This document shows positions 19,391 to 29,801 of a stretch of 64,000 nt of DNA, in pieces. The position numbers and the translations under genes are program-made. Positions within the stretch are counted from its first letter, which is position 1. Each line of letters starts with the position of its first letter. Source of the DNA: a plasmid. Location: the sequence record CP071152.1, one strand, 5' to 3'. The notes under the pieces were generated by a model. The model saw only the letters and a program-made list of their open reading frames with translations, was not told where the DNA came from and searched no databases.

Positions 19391-19426
19391 AGGCCACCCG
19401 AACGATACGAGTGGCCTTTATTTAAT
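19391..19426. terminator. Hairpin terminator between the convergent umuC and traG
   Basis: AGGCCAC ... GTGGCCT stem followed by TTTATTTAAT. Confidence 0.5.
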
Positions 19427-19503
19427 TCCCAGCGATGACTGGATTACTATCTGTGACTTCTCCCCGCCGCTGCGAGGGCGAGGCCCCCAGTTCTAAGTGG
19501 GAA

Positions 19504-22500
19504 CTACCTTTTCCACAACGGCAACTGTTCATCAGGCGTTACTGGTCTCTTGCCTTCTTGCACACCTGCTGGCACATCGGTGTTGACCATCCCCTGATCA
19601 GACCCTTTCCCCTCCCCAGTCGGTGTTTGTGGTGCTTCACCTGGATAGGTCAAGTTCATTACAAAACTTGCCACGTTCGTTCCACTACCTTCGGGGCTCG
19701 CAGCATATTGGTGGCCTTTCAGCTTGCGATCCGCTGTTTCTTGCAAATTATTTGCATCAACACGGGTCTGATGCCCATCTGTACCTGTTTGTTCAATCGC
19801 GGCTTTGACCGAATCCTGATTTCGGTTCAAGAGTAACGGTGGAACGTCCTGCCTACCGTTGTCGTATGCGTGATCGCTAGCGACCGTCCCCCTATGCCCC
19901 TGATGCTCTCCCGGTATTCCGCCAGCACCCGCCGTGATAGCTCCCTCTGCACTTGCCTGATTAGCCTCAACCTGACCTTGCAGCGTACTCATGCCACTGC
20001 TGGTTTGGCCTTGGGCACCTCCTATTACCTCGTTGACATTGCCGACACCGGCGTGCGCGGTAATTTCGTCATGATGAGACGTTGTTTCGAGCATCTTGAT
20101 CATCTGTTGTAAACCAACATCTGGATTGGATTTGTCCAGTCTGGTCAACATCTCGTGGGCCACATTCCTATCATCATTGTCCAAGCCACCAACCAACTTA
20201 AACGCCGTTTCGCCAAGCAAACTTGCACTTGCAACGGACCAGGCTGCAACCTCGCTCAAGGTATGATTGGAGCGGCTCATCGCATTTTCATAATAACCTT
20301 GTAGCGATTTCTCCGCGTCCTTTGATAACGTCCCATCACTCTCTATGACGCCAGCCTTGACCAAGGACTCACGATTTGTCGGGTCAGAGGCCATATTCTG
20401 TAAGAAGGCCGCTGCATTAATTTTTTCACCTGTTTGCCCAAGTCGGCCAAAGTCGGTCTTAGCAGCTAACGCGCCTGACTGCACGTAATCCCTAGCCTCT
20501 CGCATTTGCTCGGTCGTCGACCGATTCTCTGCATAGTTCTCAGACGCCGTCGCAACTCTGGTCGCTGCATTGCGATACTCAGCACTATTCGAAAGTGTTT
20601 CTCCTCTGAGGAATTTGCTGGCCTCGTTTAATGTCGCTTGCTCACTGGCTGTCAGGTCGGTGGATTTTGCTGTCGACCTATCGTAACCCGTTGTTCTGGT
20701 GGTACCGGTGGACTCACTGGTGGATTCGCTATATTTATCCCCGGAAGATGTTTTGTACCCACCTCCCGTGCCTGCAATGTTGAAACCCAAGAACCCTTGC
20801 AGTGCTGATTCATAGCCTTCGCTACCATTCATGGCAATCTGAGTGGCTTGCTCCTCACTGACACCCAACCGCTCCTGAATGATTTTTTTCGAATTAGCCA
20901 AGGCAGCTGCCCCATGTTGTAGCTGCTGGCCTTCTTCTCTTGAGAACGATTGATTACTACCAGCCGTATTAGCCATGGCGACCATTTCTTGGACGCTATT
21001 CTGGAATTGGGCTGCCGAGGTTCGCTGCTGAGCAACAGCAGAACCATATGACCTATCTAACGACTGTTTTACAGACCCGCCTATGTCTGCGGTAAGCCCC
21101 AGGTTCTCAGCACCGCCCACCACGCTACCTGCGAACGAATTGGGATCCCAGGACGCAGTTTGCTCGCCCATGGCAGTCTTGCCGTTATCCGGCGCACTGC
21201 TGATGTTGGGTGCGACATAGTGTGAATTGACCGGTGCCTCTGGGGAGGCCTTGGACGCAACCCCAGCCATCCCTTGCACCCCTTTGTAGAGGACAGCCAT
21301 GGCCAACGATGGTATGGCGGCCATCATCATTGAACCAACAGCCAGATAGGTTTGGGCCTTTTCTGCGACCCCTGGCGTCCCGTTCCAGCTCAATGCTGCC
21401 GGGCCAAAATCTCCAGACGTACTCATGTCTGAGGACAGCGCGTAGTTGATGTACGATTCCACCCCCACCGCAATCAGGGGCCACAGATTCGTGAAGAGCA
21501 CAAACATCACATAGGATCCCGCCGCCTGGAGGCCATAGCTACCGGTGACGAGCATGAGAAGCATGACCGGGGCGACGAAGATGGCAAAAAACTCGAAGAA
21601 GGTGATCAACGCGGGGGCGAGTTCGTTGAACATTTCGTATGAGGAGGCCATTTTCACAAGGCGCTGTTCGCTCGCTGTGTACTGCATTTCTGCGGTTTGA
21701 CGACCGACCGAGTCTTGCGCTTCTCGCGTCCCTTTCTTCACTTGGGACCAGACCAAGCGTTGTAGCGACATCTCGTACATGCCGATACCCGAGCCTGTGA
21801 ACATCCTGGTGGCCTGCTGGACAGCCTCATCCTTTATCCCCATGGCCGTGTTGTATCTAGTAACAGCAGCCTTGAACTCGGGACTTTGCAATTGGTTCAC
21901 CAAGTACGTCCACATGTCAGCGCAGGTTTTAACAGCGGGGGTACCGGATTTGACCACGGTCTGCGTCTGCCAAAACGTATTGGTGCTCTTGACCGAGAGC
22001 AACGCATCGGTTGGCGGTGAGTTCAGGATTTTGGTCCATGTGATTTCCTGAGCTGGCCCTCCGGTGATCATGTCCCGACCGACGCAATCACGCATGTAGT
22101 TATTGAGTGACCCACACAGATCCAGGTTGCCGTTCATCATGCAAACCACAGCGGTCGCATAATCCTCCTGATTCAACTTCATCAAGGACCGCAACGGGTT
22201 CAGCCCACCATGACCACTGTCAGATGCGTCGTAACCGTTTAGTGGCGTCACGACACTAAAGGCGGTGCGAAAATCGTCGGTTATCCGTGACAGCAGCGTG
22301 GTCGCCACGCTGCCACTGATAGCTACCAGCAGCGGTACGTTGTCGATAGTCTGTACCTGGCTGGTGATCCGGCTCTCGACTAGCACCGTGACCCGCGTCT
22401 GTGGGCCAGTGAGAATGATAAAAATGATGAGGCCAAAGAAGAAGTTGTGAACCGGTTTTTGTTGGTCGTCGACCACCTTTTGCAGCGCGGTAATGAGCAG

Positions 22501-22659
22501 TTTGAGCAGCGCAAGAACCGCTGCCCCGTAGTAGATGTTATGACCGTCCGAAAACATCATTGCCAGCGCGTTGTATGCCGCAACGATCATCTCAAAATTG
22601 CCAGAAACGTATACGTCCCACATAACCCGATCCTTATTTACCCTGGCCTTGAATTTCAA
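19504..22659 (-). CDS. traG: F-type conjugative transfer protein TraG (mating-pair stabilisation / entry exclusion), 1051 aa
   Basis: Large polytopic N-terminal half and a Gly/Ser/Thr-rich periplasmic C-terminal half. It directly follows traH in the traF-traH-traG order. Confidence 0.75.
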   Translation of the reverse strand: MKFKARVNKDRVMWDVYVSGNFEMIVAAYNALAMMFSDGHNIYYGAAVLALLKLLITALQKVVDDQQKPVHNFFFGLIIFIILTGPQTRVTVLVESRITSQVQTIDNVPLLVAISGSVATTLLSRITDDFRTAFSVVTPLNGYDASDSGHGGLNPLRSLMKLNQEDYATAVVCMMNGNLDLCGSLNNYMRDCVGRDMITGGPAQEITWTKILNSPPTDALLSVKSTNTFWQTQTVVKSGTPAVKTCADMWTYLVNQLQSPEFKAAVTRYNTAMGIKDEAVQQATRMFTGSGIGMYEMSLQRLVWSQVKKGTREAQDSVGRQTAEMQYTASEQRLVKMASSYEMFNELAPALITFFEFFAIFVAPVMLLMLVTGSYGLQAAGSYVMFVLFTNLWPLIAVGVESYINYALSSDMSTSGDFGPAALSWNGTPGVAEKAQTYLAVGSMMMAAIPSLAMAVLYKGVQGMAGVASKASPEAPVNSHYVAPNISSAPDNGKTAMGEQTASWDPNSFAGSVVGGAENLGLTADIGGSVKQSLDRSYGSAVAQQRTSAAQFQNSVQEMVAMANTAGSNQSFSREEGQQLQHGAAALANSKKIIQERLGVSEEQATQIAMNGSEGYESALQGFLGFNIAGTGGGYKTSSGDKYSESTSESTGTTRTTGYDRSTAKSTDLTASEQATLNEASKFLRGETLSNSAEYRNAATRVATASENYAENRSTTEQMREARDYVQSGALAAKTDFGRLGQTGEKINAAAFLQNMASDPTNRESLVKAGVIESDGTLSKDAEKSLQGYYENAMSRSNHTLSEVAAWSVASASLLGETAFKLVGGLDNDDRNVAHEMLTRLDKSNPDVGLQQMIKMLETTSHHDEITAHAGVGNVNEVIGGAQGQTSSGMSTLQGQVEANQASAEGAITAGAGGIPGEHQGHRGTVASDHAYDNGRQDVPPLLLNRNQDSVKAAIEQTGTDGHQTRVDANNLQETADRKLKGHQYAASPEGSGTNVASFVMNLTYPGEAPQTPTGEGKGSDQGMVNTDVPAGVQEGKRPVTPDEQLPLWKR

Positions 22660-23968
22660 CGAGGAAGCGCATCGTAGCGAGATTGTTTGCCAACCGTTGT
22701 TGGGCCAAGGCAGTCTCGCCCGTCATCGCCTCCATTTGTTGACCCAGGTCGTCCATGGCTTTGTTGAGCTGATCGATATAGGCCACTTGTTTGTCCAGCG
22801 CATTCGTTCCCATCCAGTGCTTTAACCGCACGATGAAGCTCTTGATGGAGCTGCTGATGACTTCATTGGCAATCACCTTTGAGAACAGCTCAATGTTGTG
22901 AGTTGCCAGTCCCGGAGGGGTTTTTTCGAGGTACGTCAAAAATTCGACGGTGAGAATGCTGAGGAACTTTTGATCGCTCGGGGTAAGGGGCTGGCGGGTG
23001 TGCAAGGCGGGGTGCAGCAGGATAAGCCGTTCAGAGATGGTTTGAGCCAGCCCCTTCCAGTCAGCAACAGTCACCGGACCCGGGTTCATACATTTAACGG
23101 CCTCATCACACCTGAGAACAGTTACCTGGTCAGCGGAAAGCAACAAATCCCGAGCTGTCATGGTGGCCGTCTTGGGCGTAGCTTTGATGACTTTCTCGCC
23201 ACTCGAATCAGCCTTGACGCTGACGATCATGGTGCCTAATAACGATTGGATCAGCTCTCTCCAGTTGTAGCTGACCCCCTCAATGGCCCAGTTTTGCACT
23301 GTCTGTTCGTTAAGCTGGTCCCAGACCAGGTTGTACTCCATATCTTTTGCCACTTGTGGGTTGGCTGTAACTACTGCATTGGTTTTGTTGCCGGTGAAGG
23401 TATCGGCCTCGCCCTGGTCACTAAAGAAACCACCGAAAATTGCCTGGGGGTTGATGAGGGAGTTCTCACGTACCTGGTTCATCGTCTCCTTACCCAGCTT
23501 ACTGTTCGACAGCATATCGTTGGTGGCGGTACAGGCATCACGCGACTTGGCGTTGAGCTCGTTGAGCGTATCGGACAACGATTCCAGCGTGGACATACAG
23601 GTAGCGCACACTGCCTGCATCCCGACTGAAAATGCGTATGTGGCTGCACCGTTAGCAATGCCACGCATCACTTGCACCATCTGGTCCTTGTTGATAATCG
23701 AGAACGAGCCAGTGAAAAAGTCGATACCACCGCAACCCACATTGAGCTTGGGTGGCACGACCGAGATGATGTTCGGGGTAACACGCGGGATACGAGCTGA
23801 AAACCCGCCCCCGGTGGCTCCGAACCGTTTGGCTGTGTTGAACGTGGTGGCCGAAGTGCTGTTGCTCATCATGTCCCCAAACACCGTTTTCATGGGGTTT
23901 TCCGCAAATGCGGAGCTACTGGCCACACAACTGATGATCAGCAGTAGCGCACGTATAGAGCGTTTCAT
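22634..23968 (-). CDS. traH: F-type pilus-assembly protein TraH
   Basis: Signal peptide; conserved GCGGIDFFTGSFSIIN and GGGFSARIP blocks. Confidence 0.8.
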   Translation of the reverse strand: MKRSIRALLLIISCVASSSAFAENPMKTVFGDMMSNSTSATTFNTAKRFGATGGGFSARIPRVTPNIISVVPPKLNVGCGGIDFFTGSFSIINKDQMVQVMRGIANGAATYAFSVGMQAVCATCMSTLESLSDTLNELNAKSRDACTATNDMLSNSKLGKETMNQVRENSLINPQAIFGGFFSDQGEADTFTGNKTNAVVTANPQVAKDMEYNLVWDQLNEQTVQNWAIEGVSYNWRELIQSLLGTMIVSVKADSSGEKVIKATPKTATMTARDLLLSADQVTVLRCDEAVKCMNPGPVTVADWKGLAQTISERLILLHPALHTRQPLTPSDQKFLSILTVEFLTYLEKTPPGLATHNIELFSKVIANEVISSSIKSFIVRLKHWMGTNALDKQVAYIDQLNKAMDDLGQQMEAMTGETALAQQRLANNLATMRFLVEIQGQGK

Positions 23969-25098
23969 TGTTCAACTCCTTGTGGTTGCGCCGAGTTAAC
24001 CTGCTGCGTGGTGTAGCTGGGATAATTCAGACGGGTTTCAAATTGCGCGATAAGAGCATCAGGACTGCGCTCAAGGTCGGACTTGGACACTTCAATCAGG
24101 CTGGAGGCGTTTACGCCCGGCTGGCTGCCCTCAGCACGGACAAGCTCACCGGAGGGTGATATTGAGGCCTCATCCGTCATCAGGAATTGGCGCACATCGC
24201 GGGAGTCTTGCAGCTCTTGCTCAGTGATGAATCCAGCGCCCCTTGCCACATAGAGGATGGTTTCCAGAAGTTCATCCATGGGTACCAGCCCCTCACTGAC
24301 CTTGTGGATCTTGGAGCCATCATTGGAGACCAGGAACATGCTCGGGGTCTTCTCGACGCTTAGCTTAGCCGCCATCACTCCGCCCTCATCCACAACCACA
24401 TCGGCAAACTCGCTACCAGGGAGAGGCAGGCCATCCATGGAGACGGCAAGGATGTTGACGTTGTACAACCGTTCCAAGAAATTGAGGATCGGGCCTTCCT
24501 TGATGCAATACTGGCAAGTGCTGGAGTAGAAGAACCACAGACCCGCCTTGTCGAACACCTTCTGGACTGCCGCCGCTTTGCCCGCCTTCACCTGTTCGTT
24601 ATGCGTCGTCAGCTGGAACTGGGTGTCTGGCCGACGGCTGTCTTCATTCAGCTGCGGATTGGCGATATACATCCGCCTGGTTTCATCTTGGAATTTCGTG
24701 GCCATATCCACGGCCATTTTTTGGGCCAGCCAGTACAGCTTCACCTTCTGCATGTCGCCCGGGTTGTTCATGGCGTCGTCGAGCATCTTGGGAAGGTTCT
24801 CGCGTAGCCACTTAACGTCGATTTGCACCATTTCTTCATTGGGTGCGGGAGTCGGTTGTGCCGGTGCTTCTTCATCGGGTGCCGCTTCATCAACCTCCTG
24901 CTCGGCGGGATCCTGGTACCAATGCCAACCCAGCGTGGCCGCATTGCTTTGTCGCTCCAAGCCCTGCATGTAGGCCTCACGCTCTTTCTCTAGCTGCGCT
25001 TGGCGTTCCGCCATCGGATCGGCTGATACCTGCATCCCCGATATGGCTAACAACACGCTCAAAGCCACCATGCCGACTTTTTTCATAATTGCTCTCAT
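23965..25098 (-). CDS. traF: TraF/TrbB-like thioredoxin-fold periplasmic pilus-assembly protein (contains CxxC)
   Basis: Signal peptide; an acidic linker; a thioredoxin-like block FFYSSTCQYCIKEGPIL. It overlaps the traH start by 4 bp. Confidence 0.55.
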   Translation of the reverse strand: MRAIMKKVGMVALSVLLAISGMQVSADPMAERQAQLEKEREAYMQGLERQSNAATLGWHWYQDPAEQEVDEAAPDEEAPAQPTPAPNEEMVQIDVKWLRENLPKMLDDAMNNPGDMQKVKLYWLAQKMAVDMATKFQDETRRMYIANPQLNEDSRRPDTQFQLTTHNEQVKAGKAAAVQKVFDKAGLWFFYSSTCQYCIKEGPILNFLERLYNVNILAVSMDGLPLPGSEFADVVVDEGGVMAAKLSVEKTPSMFLVSNDGSKIHKVSEGLVPMDELLETILYVARGAGFITEQELQDSRDVRQFLMTDEASISPSGELVRAEGSQPGVNASSLIEVSKSDLERSPDALIAQFETRLNYPSYTTQQVNSAQPQGVEQ

Positions 25099-25468
25099 CT
25101 CACCTGATAGGATAGTTTCTATTATATTCAGTTCAGGGGATCCGCCTAGTGCTAGAAGGTGATTTTTGCGGCATTATTGGCTGGATTGACGTAGGAAGGG
25201 CAGGAAAATGGCTGCGGAGTTGCTGGTGGCCTGACGGTGCCAGCGGGCGTTCTGGGGCTGTGGAGCCGTAGAGGGACTGGAAAAGTTGCCTTCTCTACCG
25301 TTGGCGTACCGCTCTCACAGAGCGGGTCGTTTGGAGCAACTGGAGGGTTACGATCTGGCGGGGCGGGTCATGGTGCAGTTCGAAAGGGCGAAGATCGGCT
25401 GTTCTCGCTGGATGAGGTCGCGCGACCTTGCCCTGAAAGAGCGAACGGAGGAGACGGCTCGCAAGCCA

Positions 25469-26026
25469 CTACACCCGATGGGAATCCCAAGCAAAGGATA
25501 AGCTGATCCCCCCGTGCATCAGCCGATCAACGCAGGACGGGCCCAGTGCATCCGGCAATTCCGAACTGTTCAGATTGGTAATGACCACCGTCGGCAGCAA
25601 CTTGTTATACCGCTCGGAAATTAGGTCGAAGAGAATCGACCTATCCGAGTCGCCACTCAGTCCCACGCCGATTTCATCGACCACAAGCAGATCAACCCCG
25701 GCATAGAAGTCGATCAGCTGTTGCTCTGTGATCTCGGCATCGTACCGGCGACCCGACCTGATGTTGCGAATGACCTTGGGCGCAGTCGTAAACACAACGG
25801 TATGCCCCCGCTCTTCTAGAGCTCGACACAACGCATACCCCAGGTGAGTTTTGCCAGTCCCGGCACTCCCTGTGAAGATCATGCCTACCCCCTCGGCAAG
25901 CCGATCTTGGAAGGTGGCGACATAACGGGAAACCACATCTTTCACCCGCTCTTGCTTCTCATCTTTCGCCTCAAATGAAGCAAGAGTGGCGGATTTGTAG
26001 CGCGGAGGTATCCTCAGAAATTCCAT
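25469..26026 (-). CDS. DnaC/IstB-like AAA+ ATPase
   Basis: Walker A FTGSAGTGKTHL and Walker B LLVVDEIG. 185 aa. Confidence 0.65.
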   Translation of the reverse strand: MEFLRIPPRYKSATLASFEAKDEKQERVKDVVSRYVATFQDRLAEGVGMIFTGSAGTGKTHLGYALCRALEERGHTVVFTTAPKVIRNIRSGRRYDAEITEQQLIDFYAGVDLLVVDEIGVGLSGDSDRSILFDLISERYNKLLPTVVITNLNSSELPDALGPSCVDRLMHGGISLSFAWDSHRV

Positions 26027-26033
26027 GTAGTCG

Positions 26034-26771
26034 TCACCGAAGCGGGTTATCGAAGAAGGTGGGAGTGAAGACGTAGGCCTCGCTCAAATCCGAAGCGTAA
26101 AGCTTGTTGATGAACACCGGCACCTCAACCTGATGCTGCCCGCGTACCAGGAACAGACCGGACACGGCACTCCCTTCACTGCGACTCACCATGGCGAAGG
26201 AAGGCATCGTTTCAAGAAAGAAGTGGCCATTGCGTACCAGATGAATACTGCGCTTCGCCTCTACCAGCCATGGGACTTCACCAATGCTGCCAATCGAGCT
26301 CATGAACACCGCATCGAGCGTTCCACCATCGCAATAATCACTGTTCACGCCAAACACGGTGCCATAACGCCCGGGGGTTTCCGCGAAACGCATCTGCATC
26401 GGTGAGCCGTCGACATAGAACTGAACCTCTGGCACCCCTACAACAGGGTTGCGTTTGGTCGAGCCAGAACCGCAAACCAGATCGGTTAGCTCCTCTAAGT
26501 TGCCGGGCGCATAGGCGTGGGAGAGATAGTCGAAGTCCGCATCCGAGACGGCTTGATCATAAGAGAGGGCCGTCACGCCGAGTTCCGCCGTTGAAGAGGC
26601 AATCGAACGCGCACCCAGCAGGGTAACGCTATCGGCCACCCGTTCGTACTGGGCGCTATAACCCGTCTCAGAACGGTTGTACTGCATCGACGGGCCAGAA
26701 GAACACCCAACCAGACCTGCCCCAAACAGGGATAGACACACCCCTTTCACCATGCCGCCAACACTATACAT
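26034..26771 (-). CDS. Lipoprotein of unknown function
   Basis: Signal peptide with lipobox LVGC (MYSVGGMVKGVCLSLFGAGLVGCSS). The start is chosen at the internal Met of the 285-aa ORF. Confidence 0.5.
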   Translation of the reverse strand: MYSVGGMVKGVCLSLFGAGLVGCSSGPSMQYNRSETGYSAQYERVADSVTLLGARSIASSTAELGVTALSYDQAVSDADFDYLSHAYAPGNLEELTDLVCGSGSTKRNPVVGVPEVQFYVDGSPMQMRFAETPGRYGTVFGVNSDYCDGGTLDAVFMSSIGSIGEVPWLVEAKRSIHLVRNGHFFLETMPSFAMVSRSEGSAVSGLFLVRGQHQVEVPVFINKLYASDLSEAYVFTPTFFDNPLR

Positions 26772-27089
26772 AGTCGACCTCACACTCCCGTTAAGTGCCC
26801 CATAACCACAGATATTGATATTTATCTTGCTAAATTCGAGTATACGCCTAGCCAGTTTGTAATCAATAGTGGTCTGTTGCTTAACCAGCAAGAAGCCCGA
26901 AAGAGCACTACTGCACTCGCTTGGTTTCCTTTAAGGACATTGCATGAGGCGTATAGAAGGCCTATCTGGTTAGTCAGCTAACCGCTTTAAACTACATTGT
27001 GGCTTGACAACCAACCGCGCATAGCAGGAAAATTCACATAGCAACCAAATGGAATATCACACACGCACGCACGAACGGAGTTTAAGAAA

Positions 27090-28118
27090 ATGAGAACAGT
27101 CCACTTCAAACCAGACCTTTGCGCCGTCACAAATAGTCGTGACCCGATAGAACTCAAAAACTCGATTGTCCTCGTAGAAGGAAATTCAGAATATCTCATT
27201 GGTGATGATGCTAAGGATTATGGTGGATCTGGTCAACGCCTCATTGGTGGGTCCATTCAAGACAAACATTATCAGCGGTATATTCAAGCGTTATTGGCCA
27301 AAGGCCTTGGCCCAGGTGACCACACCATCTCAATCGGCTTGTCGGCAGCAGCAAACTACATCGACGAGTTTCGCACAGATAAGAGCAGCAACGTATTGAA
27401 TCAGGAAGATCACAAGCTGCTCGCCGGGTTAGTGGCTGAGATTAGGTTCCGTAGCGGCAGAACCGATGCGCCTATTCAACTTTGCCGTGTGAAATTAAAG
27501 CCGGAGGATGTGCCGGTACTGTACGAAACAGAAGCGGTCCGCAACGTCATACCTAATACCGCAATGACTTTTGGCATATTCCAGATTGGCGGCGGTGACT
27601 GGCAAAGTTTGCTGGTAGTCGACGGCGAAATTAAGCGTGACACTCATGCTCGCGTCGCTGGTATCAGACATTGCATTAGCAGAATGAAAGAGCAGTTCGG
27701 CCTCCAACCAGATACCGCAGAAAAAGCTTGGCATACCGAAACAGCACCGAGCTGGGGCAAGAACCTCTACGCCAGCGAATGGGAAAGCTGCGTCGACGCC
27801 AAGAAAGAAATCGTCCAAAGCTATGTGGCAACGTATTTCCCCGAGTTGGTGAACAAGTTCCAGGGCTATCAGGACCGCATTAAAGCGATTGTCCTCAGCG
27901 GCGGTGCCGTACACGATGCAACGTTTGTAGATGCGCTGATTGCTGAAATGCCTTCTCGCTATTCCATTTACACCATTGACCAGTTCCAAATCATGGAGCC
28001 GGATGGTTCGAAATTAATGGATCCGTCCTTTACCTGTGCGTTTGGCATACACTCTACGGGTGTTAATGTCGGCCTCGATATTGGGAACGCCTATCTCAAA
28101 GGGGTATTCGATGTCTGA
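27090..28118 (+). CDS. parM: Actin-like segregation ATPase (ParM/Alp family)
   Basis: Actin-fold phosphate-2-like motif FQIGGGDWQSLLVVDG and adenosine-like motif IVLSGGAVHD. The downstream small RHH gene overlaps its stop. Confidence 0.6.
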   Translation: MRTVHFKPDLCAVTNSRDPIELKNSIVLVEGNSEYLIGDDAKDYGGSGQRLIGGSIQDKHYQRYIQALLAKGLGPGDHTISIGLSAAANYIDEFRTDKSSNVLNQEDHKLLAGLVAEIRFRSGRTDAPIQLCRVKLKPEDVPVLYETEAVRNVIPNTAMTFGIFQIGGGDWQSLLVVDGEIKRDTHARVAGIRHCISRMKEQFGLQPDTAEKAWHTETAPSWGKNLYASEWESCVDAKKEIVQSYVATYFPELVNKFQGYQDRIKAIVLSGGAVHDATFVDALIAEMPSRYSIYTIDQFQIMEPDGSKLMDPSFTCAFGIHSTGVNVGLDIGNAYLKGVFDV

Positions 28119-28482
28119 TTTTACCGATTCCGATCGCCGCATCCAAATAAGAGTAGCGCCTGACGCCGTAGTGAAACATCTGACGGACCCGGCGATGGGT
28201 TCGAAACTACGATTGGCACTCAACGGCAAGATTGAAATTCCGCCGGTGCTGGAATATCTGCTCAACGATGCAACAAAGTCGAAAAGGGTAATCGCCCTCT
28301 TGCAGATCATGTTCAGTTATATTGACGACTTCGAACGAAATAACCCGGAAGGATCCTCGGCCCTTGAAAAGGCCACACAAGAAGTAGCCAAGAAAGCGGA
28401 GGCTGGAAATCAGCAGAGTGGTAAGAGTTCCACCCGTAGCAGGCCGACGATGACCTCGAATGACCTTGCAAATTTCAAGTAG
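28111..28482 (+). CDS. parR: ParR-like adaptor (small RHH-type DNA-binding protein) of the type II partition pair
   Basis: The ATG overlaps the parM stop (ATGTCTGA). The N-terminus RRIQIRVAPD is beta-strand/RHH-like. 124 aa with a Lys/Ser-rich tail. Confidence 0.5.
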   Translation: MSDFTDSDRRIQIRVAPDAVVKHLTDPAMGSKLRLALNGKIEIPPVLEYLLNDATKSKRVIALLQIMFSYIDDFERNNPEGSSALEKATQEVAKKAEAGNQQSGKSSTRSRPTMTSNDLANFK

Positions 28483-28508
28483 TAAGTCGTAAAACCAGTA
28501 GCACGAGA

Positions 28509-28531
28509 GGGGCCAACGGGCCCCTTTTTTT
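28509..28531 (+). terminator. Rho-independent terminator after parR
   Basis: GGGGCC-aacg-GGCCCC followed by TTTTTTT. Confidence 0.6.
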
Positions 28532-28639
28532 CGCCTTGGCGACCCGCCATACCTTCCCCCCTCCTCACCCAAATCACTTTCCAAAACGCAAGAGTGACCT
28601 CCCTCAAGCCGCAGCAAGGTAGGGCATTAAAATCGAATT

Positions 28640-29180
28640 TATTCACACAAATTTGTGCGAAGGATTTTTTATGATTGCTCTGATGAGGACATTTGAGACC
28701 CACCCGAAACCGCGGCAGTATTGAAAAGCGCCGAGGAATCCAAATTATTCACACAAATTTGTGTGAAGGATTTTTTAGGTATGGACTCATGTCGATTTGT
28801 GCGACCCATATGACACCCTAAACTGTGTCGAACAGCGAAGAGGTATCCAAATTATTCACACAAACTTGTGCGAATGATTTTGCCGATCGTTCGCCAGATG
28901 CAGTTCTGACGGCTCATCTGGCCAGAAAATTGCCCCGGGCGTGAAGTTACAAGGATGCACTACCAACTCCCCCGGTTAGCAAAAATCATCACACAAATTT
29001 GTGTGAAGAATTTGGCACTTTGGCGCATAGTAAAACGCCTTTAACTATCCTGTCGAATCAGGTATTGTTACTTGGCTGGATCGAAAACTGACCTTTGGAC
29101 CGGCTTCTGGCATACCGGGCACGCCGAAAACCAATTGCGTTTGTGTGAATAATCCAAAGTTTCACACAAATATATTTAGG
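28640..29180. repeat. Five spaced copies of a roughly 30-bp repeat with an 18-bp palindromic core TCACACAAATTTGTGYGA. This is a candidate centromere, oriT or operator array.
   Basis: Cores at 28643..28660, 28749..28766, 28856..28873 and 28989..29006. A split, reversed version lies at 29143..29170. Flanks ATTATT..AAGGATTTT are conserved. Confidence 0.7.
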
Positions 29181-29198
29181 AAAATCAGGGGTAACAAA

Positions 29199-29801
29199 AT
29201 GACGGATTTTGATGATGTCTCTGGGGCTTGTGAGGCAATCGCCATTGAGGTTCAGGGTACTGTCATGCAAACCTCGGATGCACTGTACGACCTGGCACGG
29301 GCAGTGTGTGACCGGTACTGGGCCAAGTTCCAGATGAAAAACCGTAGCCAGGCACACCTCCCGGAAGACAAGCGCCAGCTTGGGAGGTTTGCCCCTTTCG
29401 TGCGTCGGCACCCAGCAAATGGGAAAATTTACATTCGTTGGCGGAATTATCACCCGAGTCGGACTGGCGCTAGGGGGAAAAAGGTTTTTGGTGTGGACGT
29501 ACCCCCATTAAAAACTGGGCACTACCAGCCATCGCAATTTGGTCATCTGGCCCAAGTATGGGAGTTGGAGCTAATTATCAAAACTGAGCAGCAATTAGCT
29601 CAAATCCGGTCTTTGCAAGACCACCTGCACGACATGAACGTTCAATTGAAAAAATCACAGAGGAAGTACCAATGGCAACTGAACAGCAGCAGCAATCTGC
29701 CAATAAACTCAACGGCGCAGCAAATACAGGACGAAGCGGAGAAAATATCGCAGCTCGACCCGCTGCTGGAGCAGTTTCTAAACCAGCCGGGCGCTATGTG
29801 A
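29199..29801 (+). CDS. Hypothetical conjugative-element protein upstream of the relaxase gene (possible relaxosome accessory or MobI-like factor)
   Basis: ATG 29199 follows an AGGGGT RBS. 200 aa with a coiled-coil C-terminus. The last repeat copy overlaps its promoter region. Confidence 0.4.
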   Translation: MTDFDDVSGACEAIAIEVQGTVMQTSDALYDLARAVCDRYWAKFQMKNRSQAHLPEDKRQLGRFAPFVRRHPANGKIYIRWRNYHPSRTGARGKKVFGVDVPPLKTGHYQPSQFGHLAQVWELELIIKTEQQLAQIRSLQDHLHDMNVQLKKSQRKYQWQLNSSSNLPINSTAQQIQDEAEKISQLDPLLEQFLNQPGAM

